Assembly: GCA_035063585.1 (NCBI GenBank)
Contig: JAPSGB010000007.1
Coordinates: 64,001-128,000, forward strand
DNA from: Polyangiaceae bacterium
GTDB taxonomy: Bacteria; Myxococcota_A; Polyangia; Polyangiales; Polyangiaceae
Length of the DNA stretch: 64,000 nucleotides
Direction: 5' to 3'
Below the pieces are notes generated by a model that did not search any database, was not told the origin of the DNA, and saw only the letters and a program-made list of their open reading frames with translations. The first letter of the stretch is position 1; each line of letters starts with the position of its first letter. The position numbers and the translations under genes are program-made. Of this stretch, positions 23,227 through 33,160 are shown piece after piece.

Positions 23227-24423
23227 ATGAGCGAGCGGGCCCGCGCCGGCTGGTACGGAGACTACGGAGGTCGCTTCGTCGCCGAGACGCTGGTGCCGGC
23301 GCTCGAGGAGCTCACCCGCGCGTTCGAGTCCGTGGTAGGGCGCGCGGATTTCCAGACCGAGTGGCGGGGCCTCCTCGCGAGCTACGTGGGGCGTCCGACG
23401 CCGCTCTATCGCGCGCGACGCCTCGAGGAGACGCTCGGTGGAGACGTCGCCGAGCTCTGGCTCAAGCGCGAGGATCTCTGCCACACGGGCGCGCACAAGA
23501 TAAATAACGCGCTCGGGCAGGTGCTGCTCGCCCGAAGGCTGGGCAAGACGCGGATCATCGCCGAGACGGGCGCCGGGCAGCACGGCGTGGCGACGGCGAC
23601 CGCCTGCGCGGTGCTCGGGCTCCCGTGCGAGGTCTACATGGGCGCGGTGGACGTCGAGCGGCAGGCGCCGAACGTGCTCCGCATGAAGCGGCTCGGCGCG
23701 CGTGTGCTCCCGGTGACCAGCGGCTCACGGACGCTCAAGGACGCCATGAACGAGGCGCTCCGCGACTGGGTCACCCACGTCGACACCACGCACTACTGCG
23801 TCGGCTCCGCGGCAGGGCCACACCCGTACCCGGCCTTGGTGAGCGAGCTGCAGCGGGTCATCGGCGACGAAGCGCGCGAGCAGGTCCTGTCGGCGTCGGG
23901 CGCGCTCCCCGACGCGCTCATCGCCTGCGTGGGCGGCGGTTCGAACGCGATCGGGCTCTTTCGCGCGTTCCTCGACGACCTCGAGGTGAGCCTCTACGGC
24001 GTCGAGGCCGCCGGCGAGGGTCTCGACACCGGCCGTCACGCGGCGACCCTCGGGGCAGGACGGCTCGGCGTGCTCCACGGCGCGCGCACCATGGTCCTCG
24101 CCGACGACGACGGCCAGATCCTGGAGGCTCACTCGGTGAGCGCCGGGCTCGACTACCCGGGCGTCGGACCGGAGCACGCCGCGCTCGCGGCGAGCGGCCG
24201 CGCCACCTACCTCTCGGCGACCGATCGCGAGGCCATCGCCCAGACCGAGCTGCTCGCTCGTCGCGAAGGCCTGCTCATCGCGCTCGAGACGGCGCACGCC
24301 TTCGCGCGCGTCGCCGACGTCGCGAGGCGCGAGCGAGCGCGGCGCGGCCGCCCCGCCCGGCTCGTCGTCAACCTGTCGGGACGGGGCGACAAGGATCTCT
24401 CGACGCTCGAGGCGCTCGCGTGA
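23227..24423 (+). CDS. trpB: Tryptophan synthase beta chain
   Basis: [53 protein letters not shown]. Confidence 0.97.
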   Translation: MSERARAGWYGDYGGRFVAETLVPALEELTRAFESVVGRADFQTEWRGLLASYVGRPTPLYRARRLEETLGGDVAELWLKREDLCHTGAHKINNALGQVLLARRLGKTRIIAETGAGQHGVATATACAVLGLPCEVYMGAVDVERQAPNVLRMKRLGARVLPVTSGSRTLKDAMNEALRDWVTHVDTTHYCVGSAAGPHPYPALVSELQRVIGDEAREQVLSASGALPDALIACVGGGSNAIGLFRAFLDDLEVSLYGVEAAGEGLDTGRHAATLGAGRLGVLHGARTMVLADDDGQILEAHSVSAGLDYPGVGPEHAALAASGRATYLSATDREAIAQTELLARREGLLIALETAHAFARVADVARRERARRGRPARLVVNLSGRGDKDLSTLEALA

Positions 24424-25229
24424 CGAGCGCACGCATCGCGGAGTGCTTCGCGCTCGCGCGCGCCGAGCAGCGGACGGCCCTGGTCGCCTTCCTCACCGTC
24501 GGCGACCCTTCGCCGGAAGACACCACCGCGTGCGCGCTCGCCGCGCTCGAGGCCGGCGCCGATGTCCTCGAGCTCGGCGTCCCGTTCAGCGATCCGACCG
24601 CGGACGGGCCCGTCATCGCTGCCGCCGCGCACCGCGCCATCCGCCAGGGCGGCTCGCTCCGCGCGGCGCTCCGCGTCGCCGAGGCGGTGCGCGCGCGCTC
24701 GGAGGCTCCGCTCATCCTGTTCTCTTACATGAACCCGATCATCGCGGCCGGGGAGACGGCGCTGCCGGCGCTCGCCGGCAGCGCCGGCGTCGACGGTCTG
24801 CTGGTCGTGGATCTGCCGCCGGAGGAGGGTGCCGCGCTCCGCGACGCGGCCGACGCCGCCGGGCTCGCCATGATCCCCCTCGTCGCGCCGACCACCGGGC
24901 CCGAGCGCGAGCCGCGGGTTCTCGCGCGCGCCTCGGGATTCATCTATTACGTCTCGCTCACCGGCGTGACCGGCTCGGCCGAGGCGCCGCTCGCCGAGGC
25001 AGGCCGCCGCGCCGCGGAGCTCGCGCGAAGGAGCACGCTGCCGGTGTGCGTCGGGTTCGGTATCGACTCGCCCGAGAAGGCGCGCGCGGTCGCGGACACG
25101 GGGGTGGACGGCGTCGTGGTCGGCACCGCGCTGGTCCGGGCCATCGCCGCCGAGCCGACGCGGGCCCGCCGCGTCGAGGCCGTCGCTCGGCTGGTGGCGC
25201 GCCTGCGCCAGCGGCTCGACGAGCGCTAG
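24420..25229 (+). CDS. trpA: Tryptophan synthase alpha chain
   Basis: [53 protein letters not shown] overlap with trpB. Confidence 0.96.
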   Translation: MTSARIAECFALARAEQRTALVAFLTVGDPSPEDTTACALAALEAGADVLELGVPFSDPTADGPVIAAAAHRAIRQGGSLRAALRVAEAVRARSEAPLILFSYMNPIIAAGETALPALAGSAGVDGLLVVDLPPEEGAALRDAADAAGLAMIPLVAPTTGPEREPRVLARASGFIYYVSLTGVTGSAEAPLAEAGRRAAELARRSTLPVCVGFGIDSPEKARAVADTGVDGVVVGTALVRAIAAEPTRARRVEAVARLVARLRQRLDER

Positions 25230-25306
25230 CTTCGAGCCTCGACGCGCCGGCCCCGCCCCCGCCCCTCGGCTGGCTAAGCTCGCTGCGCGCCGCGTCGGCG
25301 CACGCG

Positions 25307-26047
25307 TCAGCTCCGGAGGGTCGCCGCGAAGAGCGCGACGAGCTTCGCGTAAGCGCGCTCGGCCGCGTCGCGCTCGTACGCCGGGCTCCCCGGCACCGTC
25401 CAGCCGTGGCTCACGCCCGGATAGAGCTCGCTCTCGTAAGCGCCGCCCCAGCCGGCGAGCGCGCTCTCGAGCTCGCGGATCGCGGACCTCGGCATCGAGC
25501 GATCTCCCGAGGCGTGCGCGAAATAGAGTCGAGCGCGCACGCGAGGGAGCACGCGGTGCGGGCTCGACGGCTGCTCGGTGACCAGATGCCCGCCGTGGAA
25601 GGACGCCGCCGCGGCGATCCGCTCGGGGCGCGCGGCGGCGGTCCGTAGCGCCATCGCGCCGCTGAAGCAGTACCCGACCACCCCGAGCGGTCCCGGTCTC
25701 GCGCCGGCCTCGCTCAAGAAATCGATGTACGCGCTCCCGTCGGCTTCCATCACCTCCGGCGTGAGCGGGCCGCGCAGCTCGCCCATCCGCTTCAGGGTGC
25801 GTGGCTCGCTGAAGTTCGGCTCGAACTCGAAGACCGGCGAGCGGCGGGTTCGGAAGAACAGGTTGGGCAGGAGGACCAGATACCCTTCCCCGGCGAGCCG
25901 GCGCGCCATGTCGCGCTGCGCGGGGCGCACTCCCATGACATCCGGGTAATGTAGGATCCCGGGCCAAGGCCCCTCGCCCTCCGGCGCGAGCAGCACCGCG
26001 TCGACCACTCCGTCCGCCAGGGTGAGCTCGACGTCGCGTTCCATCAT
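25307..26047 (-). CDS. Dienelactone hydrolase family protein
   Basis: Nucleophile elbow GYCFSG, ASFHGG, HGW. Confidence 0.9.
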   Translation of the reverse strand: MMERDVELTLADGVVDAVLLAPEGEGPWPGILHYPDVMGVRPAQRDMARRLAGEGYLVLLPNLFFRTRRSPVFEFEPNFSEPRTLKRMGELRGPLTPEVMEADGSAYIDFLSEAGARPGPLGVVGYCFSGAMALRTAAARPERIAAAASFHGGHLVTEQPSSPHRVLPRVRARLYFAHASGDRSMPRSAIRELESALAGWGGAYESELYPGVSHGWTVPGSPAYERDAAERAYAKLVALFAATLRS

Positions 26048-26059
26048 GACCGACCCTTA

Positions 26060-26701
26060 TCACGACTCATCGGGAGGGATGTCGGGGCGGCGCGCCGCCT
26101 GGCGCGCGCGCTCGATGAAGCGTCGCACCCGCTCCGCGTCCTTCTGGCGCGGCGACGCCTCGACCCCGCTCGCGACATCGACACCGAAAGGCTCCACCGC
26201 CGCGATCGCGCGCGCGACGTTGTCCGGCGTGAGCCCGCCCGCCACGATCACGCGCCGCTGGCGCGCGAGCCCTCGCACCAGCGCCCAGTCGAAGCTCGCG
26301 CCGGTGCCACCGAGCGCGCCCGCCACGCGCGCGTCGCAGAGGAGGCGCTCCCCGCCGTAGCCCGCGGCCCGGGCGGCGTCCTCGGGGCCGCCGATCCGCA
26401 CTGCCTGATAGGCGCGAGGCAGGAGCGCCGCGACCGCGCTGGGCGGCTCGTGACCGTGCAGCTGCAGGGCGTCGAGCGCGAGCTCGGCCAGGAGCGCGCG
26501 CGCCTGCTCGGTCGCAAGATCGGCGACCACGCCGATGAGCTCGACGCGCCCGCGCACCGCGTCGGCGACGCGCCGCGCGGTGGCGCGGTCGAGCGCACGC
26601 GGCGAGCCCTCGATGAAGTTCAAGCCCAGCGCGTCGGCGCCCGACTCTGCCGCGAGGAGCGCGTCGCCTACCGTAGTGACTCCGCAAATCTTGATCCACA
26701 T
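26060..26701 (-). CDS. trpF: Phosphoribosylanthranilate isomerase
   Basis: IKICGVT, QLHGHE, GGTGASFDW, AGGLTPDNV, GVDVASGVE. Confidence 0.95.
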   Translation of the reverse strand: MWIKICGVTTVGDALLAAESGADALGLNFIEGSPRALDRATARRVADAVRGRVELIGVVADLATEQARALLAELALDALQLHGHEPPSAVAALLPRAYQAVRIGGPEDAARAAGYGGERLLCDARVAGALGGTGASFDWALVRGLARQRRVIVAGGLTPDNVARAIAAVEPFGVDVASGVEASPRQKDAERVRRFIERARQAARRPDIPPDES

Positions 26702-26747
26702 CGAGTACGTCAGCTCACGCGCACGCCGCCGCCGCGCGCGACGGTCC

Positions 26748-26768
26748 GCGCGGTTCCGCGCCGGGCCG
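26748..26768. repeat. Copy of the REP-like repeat upstream of trpF
   Basis: GCGCGGTTCCGCGCCGGGCCG, 20/21 identical to 6986-7006. Confidence 0.6.
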
Positions 26769-26787
26769 ACCTCCCCTTCCCCGGACG

Positions 26788-27165
26788 CTACGCGATCTTG
26801 AGGAGCTCCTTCACGGTCGCGATCACCTGGGGCGCCTGGATCGGCTTGGTGATGTAGGCGTTGGCCCCGAGCTGGAGCGCGCGATGGCGATCTTCTTGCG
26901 AGCCCTCGGTGGTGATGATGACGATGGGCGTGTCCTTGTGCACCGGATCGCTCCGCACCCGCTTGACGAGCTTGAGCCCGTCCATGATCGGCATGTTGAT
27001 GTCGGTGACGATGATGTCATAGCGCGCCGAGGCGAGCTTCCGGAGCCCATCGACTCCGTCGTCAGCCTCGGTGACGCGCAGGTTCTTCACGCGGGCCAGC
27101 GCAAACACCAAGAGCTGCCGCATCATCGGGGAGTCTTCAACGATCAGGCAGGAGAATTCAGCCAT
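26788..27165 (-). CDS. Single-domain response regulator (CheY-like)
   Basis: LIVEDS, phosphoacceptor TDINMPIMDG, ITTEG, YITKP. Confidence 0.93.
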   Translation of the reverse strand: MAEFSCLIVEDSPMMRQLLVFALARVKNLRVTEADDGVDGLRKLASARYDIIVTDINMPIMDGLKLVKRVRSDPVHKDTPIVIITTEGSQEDRHRALQLGANAYITKPIQAPQVIATVKELLKIA

Positions 27166-27170
27166 GACAA

Positions 27171-28022
27171 CTACACACTCAGGTCGATGAAGGCCTCGAG
27201 GCCAGGGATCTTGCGCTCGGCCTGCTCGAAGAGGCTCGCGGCGACGAGCGCGCTCGCCGCGTGCTGGCCGAGCAGCTTGAAGAGCTCGAAGTCTACCGTG
27301 TCGAAATGCGTCTTCTGGGTCAGCGTGCTGAAGATGACGATGACCCCGACGGTCCGCTCGTCCACCCTGAGCGGGACGATGGCGACCGGCCCCGCGGCGC
27401 CGCCGTCGGCGGGGCTCCCGTCCTCTTCGACGAAGGCGCCGCCGGTGCGGAGCACCTCGGCGAGCCGCCCCTCGACGCGGAGCGGCGCGAGGCGCTCACC
27501 CGGGACGCCCTCCGAGGCGATGGGCACGACCTCGTCGCCCTGCGCGCCGAGCAGATAGACGCCGTAGCGCTCGGCGCCGACGAGCTGCGCGAGCACCTCC
27601 TTCACGCGACGCATCACGCCGCGCGGAGACAGGCTCGAGTGGAGCTGGTTCGACGCCACGAAGAGGTTCGCGAGGTTCGCGAACTCGTTCTCGACCTCCT
27701 GGAAGCGCTCGCTGATGTCGGTCGACTGCCGCTCCGCGTCGCGAAACCGCGAGAGGAGCTCGCGCTTGTCGCGCTCGAGCAGCTCGATCTTGTCGAGCAA
27801 CTCGCGCACCGCGTGGTCGGCCTCGAGGGTGGCCCGGAGCTTGGCATTTTCCTCCTCGAGCTCACCGAGCCGACGCTGGAGCCGCTGCTGCTCCTGCACG
27901 AACTCCTCGGTGAGCCGGGCTCCGCGAGAGAAGTTCTGCAGGAACTCGTCGCGCTCCTTCCTGAGATCGGGCGGCTGCGAGTCGCCGGAGCGCGCCCCCT
28001 TACCCTTTCGCTCCTTGTTCAT
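27171..28022 (-). CDS. Coiled-coil + GAF domain protein
   Basis: Heptad/Glu-rich N-terminal half, then NLANLFVASNQLHS...VPLRVDERTVGVIVIF...DFELFKLLGQHAASAL. Start at ATG 28022 (MNKERK). Confidence 0.8.
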   Translation of the reverse strand: MNKERKGKGARSGDSQPPDLRKERDEFLQNFSRGARLTEEFVQEQQRLQRRLGELEEENAKLRATLEADHAVRELLDKIELLERDKRELLSRFRDAERQSTDISERFQEVENEFANLANLFVASNQLHSSLSPRGVMRRVKEVLAQLVGAERYGVYLLGAQGDEVVPIASEGVPGERLAPLRVEGRLAEVLRTGGAFVEEDGSPADGGAAGPVAIVPLRVDERTVGVIVIFSTLTQKTHFDTVDFELFKLLGQHAASALVAASLFEQAERKIPGLEAFIDLSV

Positions 28023-28187
28023 CTCTCGCCGCTCCGGGGGTCCGACCGCCCCAGGGCCGCGACCGTACCATGGCGAACGAGGCCGGTGAAAGGCTCCCGG
28101 ACGAGCCCCGCGAGGCGCCTCGCCCCGGGGGCGCCCGAACCCCGCTCGGTTTGCCGCCGAGACGGCTCCCCTGGTAGGCTCCGCCGC

Positions 28188-28514
28188 ATGGCGAGCCCGC
28201 CAGGCTACGACTGGATCGACCGGCTCCTCGAGGCCGGCGACTTCGAGGGTGCCCGCGAGGCGCTGAAGTCCGTCCCGGCCGACGACGACGCGTTCGTCGT
28301 CCTGCGAGTCAAGCTCGGGCTCTACGAGGGCTCGCTGCCGCCCGGCGCGGCGCAGCAGCGGCTCATCCAGCTCATGCGTCGCGACGCGGGCGTCCACGGC
28401 GCCAAGGAACTCTACCAGGAGGCGTCGAACCTGTCGTTCCGCGAGCGGCAGTCCTCTTCGTCGCACTCGCACCCGCCGCCCCCGCCCAACGACGACGACC
28501 ACGAGAAGCAGTGA
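28188..28514 (+). CDS. Small hypothetical helical protein, probably leaderless
   Basis: MASPPGYDWIDRLLEAGDF...SSSSHSHPPP; TAGGCT ends 7 nt before the ATG; GTGA overlap with the next gene. Confidence 0.65.
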   Translation: MASPPGYDWIDRLLEAGDFEGAREALKSVPADDDAFVVLRVKLGLYEGSLPPGAAQQRLIQLMRRDAGVHGAKELYQEASNLSFRERQSSSSHSHPPPPPNDDDHEKQ

Positions 28515-30925
28515 CCGACCGCTCGCTGCGGCCCGCGCCGTTCCTCACCGGGCTCGGGCTGGTGACCGGAGCGTCGCTCGCCCTCGAGGTCCTCTTCACC
28601 CGACTCTTGTCGGTGCTGACCTGGTACTCGCTCGCGTTCCTGGTCATCGCCATGGGCCTCTTCGGGCTGACCGCCGGCGCCGTGCGCGTGTACCTCGCCC
28701 CGGACGAGTACGCGCCGGCGCGTCTCCCGTCGTCGCTCAGCCGCGACGCGCGGGCCCTGGCATGGTCGATCCCGCTCTCGTACGTGCTCCTGCTCATCGT
28801 CCCATTGCGGGTGGAGCCGGTGCTGACCACGCTGCCGCTCTTCGTCTTCTTCAGCGCCGTCATCGCGCTCCCGTTCTACCCCGTCGGCAAGCTGGTGGCG
28901 GCGGCGCTCACCCGCGCTCCGCTGCCGGTCGGCCGAGTCTACGCGGTGGACCTCGTGGGCGCGGCCATCGGCGCGCCGCTCGTGCCGCTCCTCATCCGGC
29001 TGGGCGGCGCCGCGGCCATCCTCTCGCTCAGCGTGCTCGCCGCGCTCGCCTCGGTCTGCTTCGCGTGGGCCGGCCGGGATGGTGGGTCGGTCCGGCGCGG
29101 AATCAAGCTCGGCGCCGGCATGCTCGCGCTCACCGTCGTTGGTGGTTCGAGCTCGGGGCTCGCCCCGCTCTGGGTGAAAGGTCAGGCGGAGGACCGTTCG
29201 AACCTCGAGCTCGAGCTCTGGAACAGCCACTCGCGCGTGCAGGTGATGAAGCCGGTCATCGCTCCGGCGGACTTCTGGGGCAAGGGCGCGCGCTGCGGAG
29301 CGCCGCCGGTCGCGCAGCGCACCATCGTCATCGACGGCCACGCCGCCACGCCGCTCTACCTCGCGCCGCTCGAGCAGCTCGGCTTCCTCTCCTGCGACGT
29401 GACCAACCTGGTGCATGCGCTCCGTCCGAAGGGACCGATGGCGGTCATCGGCGTGGGCGGCTCGCGCGACATCCAGGCCGCGCTCCTCGCCGGGCACTCG
29501 CCGGTCGTCGGGCTCGAATTCAACGACCGCCTGCTCGAGATCCTCGAGGGGCCGCTCGGCGCGCCCACCGGGATCGCCCAGCGCCGCGACGTGCGCCTGA
29601 TCCACGACGAGGCTCGGAGCTGGCTCGCGCGCAGCCCCGAGCGCTTCCAAGTGATCCAGGCCTCGCTCATCGACACCTGGGCGGCCACCGGCGCCGGCGC
29701 CCACGCGCTCGGGGAGAACGGGCTCTATACCCTCGACGCCTGGCGCCTCTTCCTCGACCGGTTGGAGCCCGGAGGTATCTTCACCGTCTCGCGCTGGTCC
29801 ACGGTGGAGACCGCCCGGCTCGCCGCGCTCGCGGTCGCGTCGCTCATCGATCGCGGCGTGCGCGATCCCTCGCGGCACATCGTGATCGCCGCCGGCGACA
29901 AGGTCACGACCCTGCTCCTCGCGCGGGATCCGCTCACGGAGGCCGATCTCGCGCAGCTCACTCGCGCGGCGCAGACGCTCGGTTTCAACGTCATCGCCTC
30001 GCCCGGGCGAGCGCCGACCGCGGCGCGGCTCGCGGCGCTGCTCCACGCCTCTAGCCGCGCCGAGCTCGAGCGCGAGACGCTCCTGCCGCTGCTCGATTTT
30101 CGCCCGCCCACCGACGACCGCCCATTCTTCTTCAACGTGATCCGCCTCGGCGCGCTCTGGCACGAGCTCCCCGGGGTCACCCGAGGCACCATCGAGGGCA
30201 ACCTCCTCGCGACGCGCACCCTCGGGCTCGCGGTGCTCGCCTCGCTCATCCTGGTCGCCATCGCCATCATCGTGCCGCTCCGCCGGCGGGCTCGCCCGGA
30301 GCGCCGCACCGGGCGCGGGCTCGGCGCGGCGCTCGCCTATTTCTCCCTCATCGGCGTGGGCTTCATGCTCGCGGAAATCGCGCTCCTTCAGCGCATGAGC
30401 GTGGTGCTCGGCGAACCGAGCTACAGCTTGATGGTGGTATTGTCGAGCCTGGTCGGAGGAGCCGGCATAGGCTCGCTGCTCTCCGATCGGCTGCCGCTCG
30501 ACCGCGCGCCCTTCTGCTACCTCTATCCCGTCGCGCTCGCCTCGATGCTCGCGCTCCTCGCGCTCCTCTGGGGGGATCTCGCGCCCGTCGTCGAAGCCGC
30601 GCCCACGGGCACCCGGCTCGCCTTCGCCGCCGCGGTGGACGGCGTCGTGGGGCTCGGCCTCGGAGTCGCCTTCCCGGCCGGGATGCGCCTGGTCCGGGCC
30701 CACCACGACCCCGAGACGCCGTGGCTCTGGGGCGTGAACGGTGTGGGCAGCGTGCTCGCCTCGAGCGCCGCGGTGCTCATCGCCCTCGTGGGCGGACTCA
30801 CGGTGCTGCTCTTGGTCGCCGCGGGCGCTTACCTCCTGCTCGTGCCGGCCATCGCGGGCATCCGCCGCGGCGGGGCGGGCGATGGGGCGCCGCGCGAGCC
30901 CGGGCGCGACGATAACGGTAAATAG
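28511..30925 (+). CDS. Polytopic membrane protein with central class I SAM-binding (spermidine synthase-like) domain, paralog 1
   Basis: N- and C-terminal hydrophobic blocks; WNSHSRV, VIGVGGSRD, GLEFN, DEAR, ENGLYT, PTDDRPFFF, WGVNG. Confidence 0.85.
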   Translation: MTDRSLRPAPFLTGLGLVTGASLALEVLFTRLLSVLTWYSLAFLVIAMGLFGLTAGAVRVYLAPDEYAPARLPSSLSRDARALAWSIPLSYVLLLIVPLRVEPVLTTLPLFVFFSAVIALPFYPVGKLVAAALTRAPLPVGRVYAVDLVGAAIGAPLVPLLIRLGGAAAILSLSVLAALASVCFAWAGRDGGSVRRGIKLGAGMLALTVVGGSSSGLAPLWVKGQAEDRSNLELELWNSHSRVQVMKPVIAPADFWGKGARCGAPPVAQRTIVIDGHAATPLYLAPLEQLGFLSCDVTNLVHALRPKGPMAVIGVGGSRDIQAALLAGHSPVVGLEFNDRLLEILEGPLGAPTGIAQRRDVRLIHDEARSWLARSPERFQVIQASLIDTWAATGAGAHALGENGLYTLDAWRLFLDRLEPGGIFTVSRWSTVETARLAALAVASLIDRGVRDPSRHIVIAAGDKVTTLLLARDPLTEADLAQLTRAAQTLGFNVIASPGRAPTAARLAALLHASSRAELERETLLPLLDFRPPTDDRPFFFNVIRLGALWHELPGVTRGTIEGNLLATRTLGLAVLASLILVAIAIIVPLRRRARPERRTGRGLGAALAYFSLIGVGFMLAEIALLQRMSVVLGEPSYSLMVVLSSLVGGAGIGSLLSDRLPLDRAPFCYLYPVALASMLALLALLWGDLAPVVEAAPTGTRLAFAAAVDGVVGLGLGVAFPAGMRLVRAHHDPETPWLWGVNGVGSVLASSAAVLIALVGGLTVLLLVAAGAYLLLVPAIAGIRRGGAGDGAPREPGRDDNGK

Positions 30926-30931
30926 GATGCC

Positions 30932-33112
30932 TTAGTATTCGAAGCCGCTCCCGCCGATGAATTCGCGAAGGATCGAGGTGGGAGGCACGTGATCCGGATA
31001 GATGGTCACGAAGCGATCGAGGAGCTGGAGCAGTCGAAATGCCGTACCCCAGGCGGCGGTGTCTTGCGGCACCTCGAGCAGGTATCGCTCGGCGAACACC
31101 TTCAGCACCCCGAGCTCGTAGAGCAAGGACGAGTCGAACACCGCGTCCGCGTTTCGTTGAAAGGGGAAGATGTGCTCGCGCTCGCCCTTGCGGACGCTCG
31201 GCCAGCGCTGGATGTTGTCAGCCGCGCGCGACCCGCGCGTGTGACGATCCCGCACGATGCGGCGGATGAGCCGAACGTCCGAGGCGTGCACGCGGGTGAG
31301 CGCATCGAACGGGAGCTGCGCCAGCGGACAGATGAAGATGCGGAACACTCGCTCCGGCTCGACCGTGCCGAGCAGGCGCGGGTTCAGTCCGTGGATCCCC
31401 TCGAGCATGAGCAGGTCGCGCGCCTCGAGCGCGAGCTCGTCGCCTCCCTCGGGGGAGCTCCGGCCGCTCTCGAAATCGTATCGCGCGGTGCGGACCCGCG
31501 CGCCGGAGAGGAGGCGCTCGAGGTGCTCGGCGAGGAGCTCGCTCCGGAGCGCGTCGAAGGACTCGTAGTCGTAGTCGCCGTCCGCGTCGCGCGGGTTCAG
31601 CTCGCGGTCGACGTAGTAGTCATCGAGCGACAGGCCGATCGGGTTCTTGCCGACGACCTGGAGCTGCACCCGGAGCCGCTTGATGAAGGTCGTCTTTCCG
31701 CTCGAGCTCGGGCCCGCGATGGTGATGACCTTCACCCGGTCACCGAGCTCGTGGATCCGGTCCGCGATGCGGCTGATGCGCTTCTCTTGAAACCCCTCCG
31801 ACACGCGGATGAGCTCGGCCACGTCACCGTCGATGCAGGCGGTGTTGAACGCGCCGACGCTGGTGACCCCGAGGGTGTCGAGCCAGAGCTCCTGAGCGGT
31901 GACCATGAGCGTCGTCTGACGTGAGATCGCACGCGCCGCCTCGGCGCCGGCGCTCACGCGCCCGGGCGCGGGCGGCGCCAGGCTCTCGCTCACATACGGC
32001 GGAGGGTGGCGCGTGCTCGCGCGCGGCCCGTAGACGAGCAGGAGCCCGGAGTCGTCCGGGACCAACGCGAGCTCTGCGAGCGCGCCGGTCCGCGAGACCA
32101 GCGGGCTCAGGCTGATGGCGAAGACCTCGCCGTAGCTCGCGAGCGGGACCGCCGGATCGCGCCAGGTGGCGAGGAGGCGAACGGCGTCGCCCCAGCCGGC
32201 CGCCTCGAAGTGCTCGCGAGCCTCATCGACCGTCCACCACTCCTCGCTGAGCGGTCGATCACTGTCGACCAGCTCGTGCATCGCCTGCTCGAGGGCGCGC
32301 GCGAGCTCGACGAGCTCGAGGCCGCTCGACTGCGCCAGCTCGACCTTCTGCGCGAACCCGACCGACGCGCCGAGCCGCAGGCGAAGCGTCGGCTCCACCC
32401 GCCGCGCCGCCTCGAGCAGGAGGAGCCCCAGGCTCTGGCGATAGACGCGCTGCCCCTCCCAGTGCGCCGTGGTGAGCGGCTCGAGGCGGCAGTCGCTCGA
32501 GAGCGGGGTCGAGAGCGAGGCCGCCTTCAGATCGACGAGCGCGGCGACCACCGGGCTGCCCTCGACCGAAGAGGGCAGGAGCGTGCCCGCCCGCGTGCCC
32601 ATGTGCACGCGCCGCGTCTCGCCCCCGAGCCGCACCGCGATCATCGAGCGACGCGGGAGCGAGCGCTCCGAGAGCAAGGTGGTCATGCCCTCGGTCACCT
32701 CGACCAACCGATCGGCGACGCTCCCGAGGAGCGCCTGCAGGAGCTCGAGCGCGAGCTCCGGCGCGCCGGCGGAGAGCTCCATGTACCGCTCCACCGACAG
32801 GCGCCCGAGCTCGAGCTCGGACTCGGCGATGATGCTCGCGGCTCGCGGCCGCTTCGCGATGAGCGCGAGCTCGCCAAAGTGATCTCCGCGGTGCACACCG
32901 CCGATCCGCACGTCGCCGCGGACGAGCCGCCCATGACCGGACACCACGAAGTACATCGCCCGATCGCTCGCGCCCTCGGATACGATCGCGTCGCCGCGCG
33001 GAACGGTTACGGGCTCGAGCAGCGCGGCGAGCGCGGCACGGCCGGCCGCGGTGAGCCCGGCGAGCGACGGGCTGTCTTCGAGGGCCGCGGCGAGCTCGGA
33101 GGCGGTGGACAT
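30932..33112 (-). CDS. cNMP-binding domain + ThrRS-N-like domain + uridine kinase/PRK-type P-loop nucleoside kinase
   Basis: FGELALIAKRPRAAS (cNMP cassette); GQRVYRQSL; IAGPSSSGKTT; SLDDYY; EGIHGLNP; RLIRRIVRD; SILREFIGGS. Confidence 0.85.
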   Translation of the reverse strand: MSTASELAAALEDSPSLAGLTAAGRAALAALLEPVTVPRGDAIVSEGASDRAMYFVVSGHGRLVRGDVRIGGVHRGDHFGELALIAKRPRAASIIAESELELGRLSVERYMELSAGAPELALELLQALLGSVADRLVEVTEGMTTLLSERSLPRRSMIAVRLGGETRRVHMGTRAGTLLPSSVEGSPVVAALVDLKAASLSTPLSSDCRLEPLTTAHWEGQRVYRQSLGLLLLEAARRVEPTLRLRLGASVGFAQKVELAQSSGLELVELARALEQAMHELVDSDRPLSEEWWTVDEAREHFEAAGWGDAVRLLATWRDPAVPLASYGEVFAISLSPLVSRTGALAELALVPDDSGLLLVYGPRASTRHPPPYVSESLAPPAPGRVSAGAEAARAISRQTTLMVTAQELWLDTLGVTSVGAFNTACIDGDVAELIRVSEGFQEKRISRIADRIHELGDRVKVITIAGPSSSGKTTFIKRLRVQLQVVGKNPIGLSLDDYYVDRELNPRDADGDYDYESFDALRSELLAEHLERLLSGARVRTARYDFESGRSSPEGGDELALEARDLLMLEGIHGLNPRLLGTVEPERVFRIFICPLAQLPFDALTRVHASDVRLIRRIVRDRHTRGSRAADNIQRWPSVRKGEREHIFPFQRNADAVFDSSLLYELGVLKVFAERYLLEVPQDTAAWGTAFRLLQLLDRFVTIYPDHVPPTSILREFIGGSGFEY

Positions 33113-33160
33113 GATTGCCGTCGACCTAGCCTCGGCTCGAGCGCCGGGTCAACCGGGCGT

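Noticed and set aside
28412..30706. 764-aa minus-strand ORF (likewise 38642..40936, 7040..8800, 24207..26063 and many Arg/Ala/Pro-rich ORFs)
   Set aside because: They overlap well-supported genes in other frames and show frame-shadow composition.
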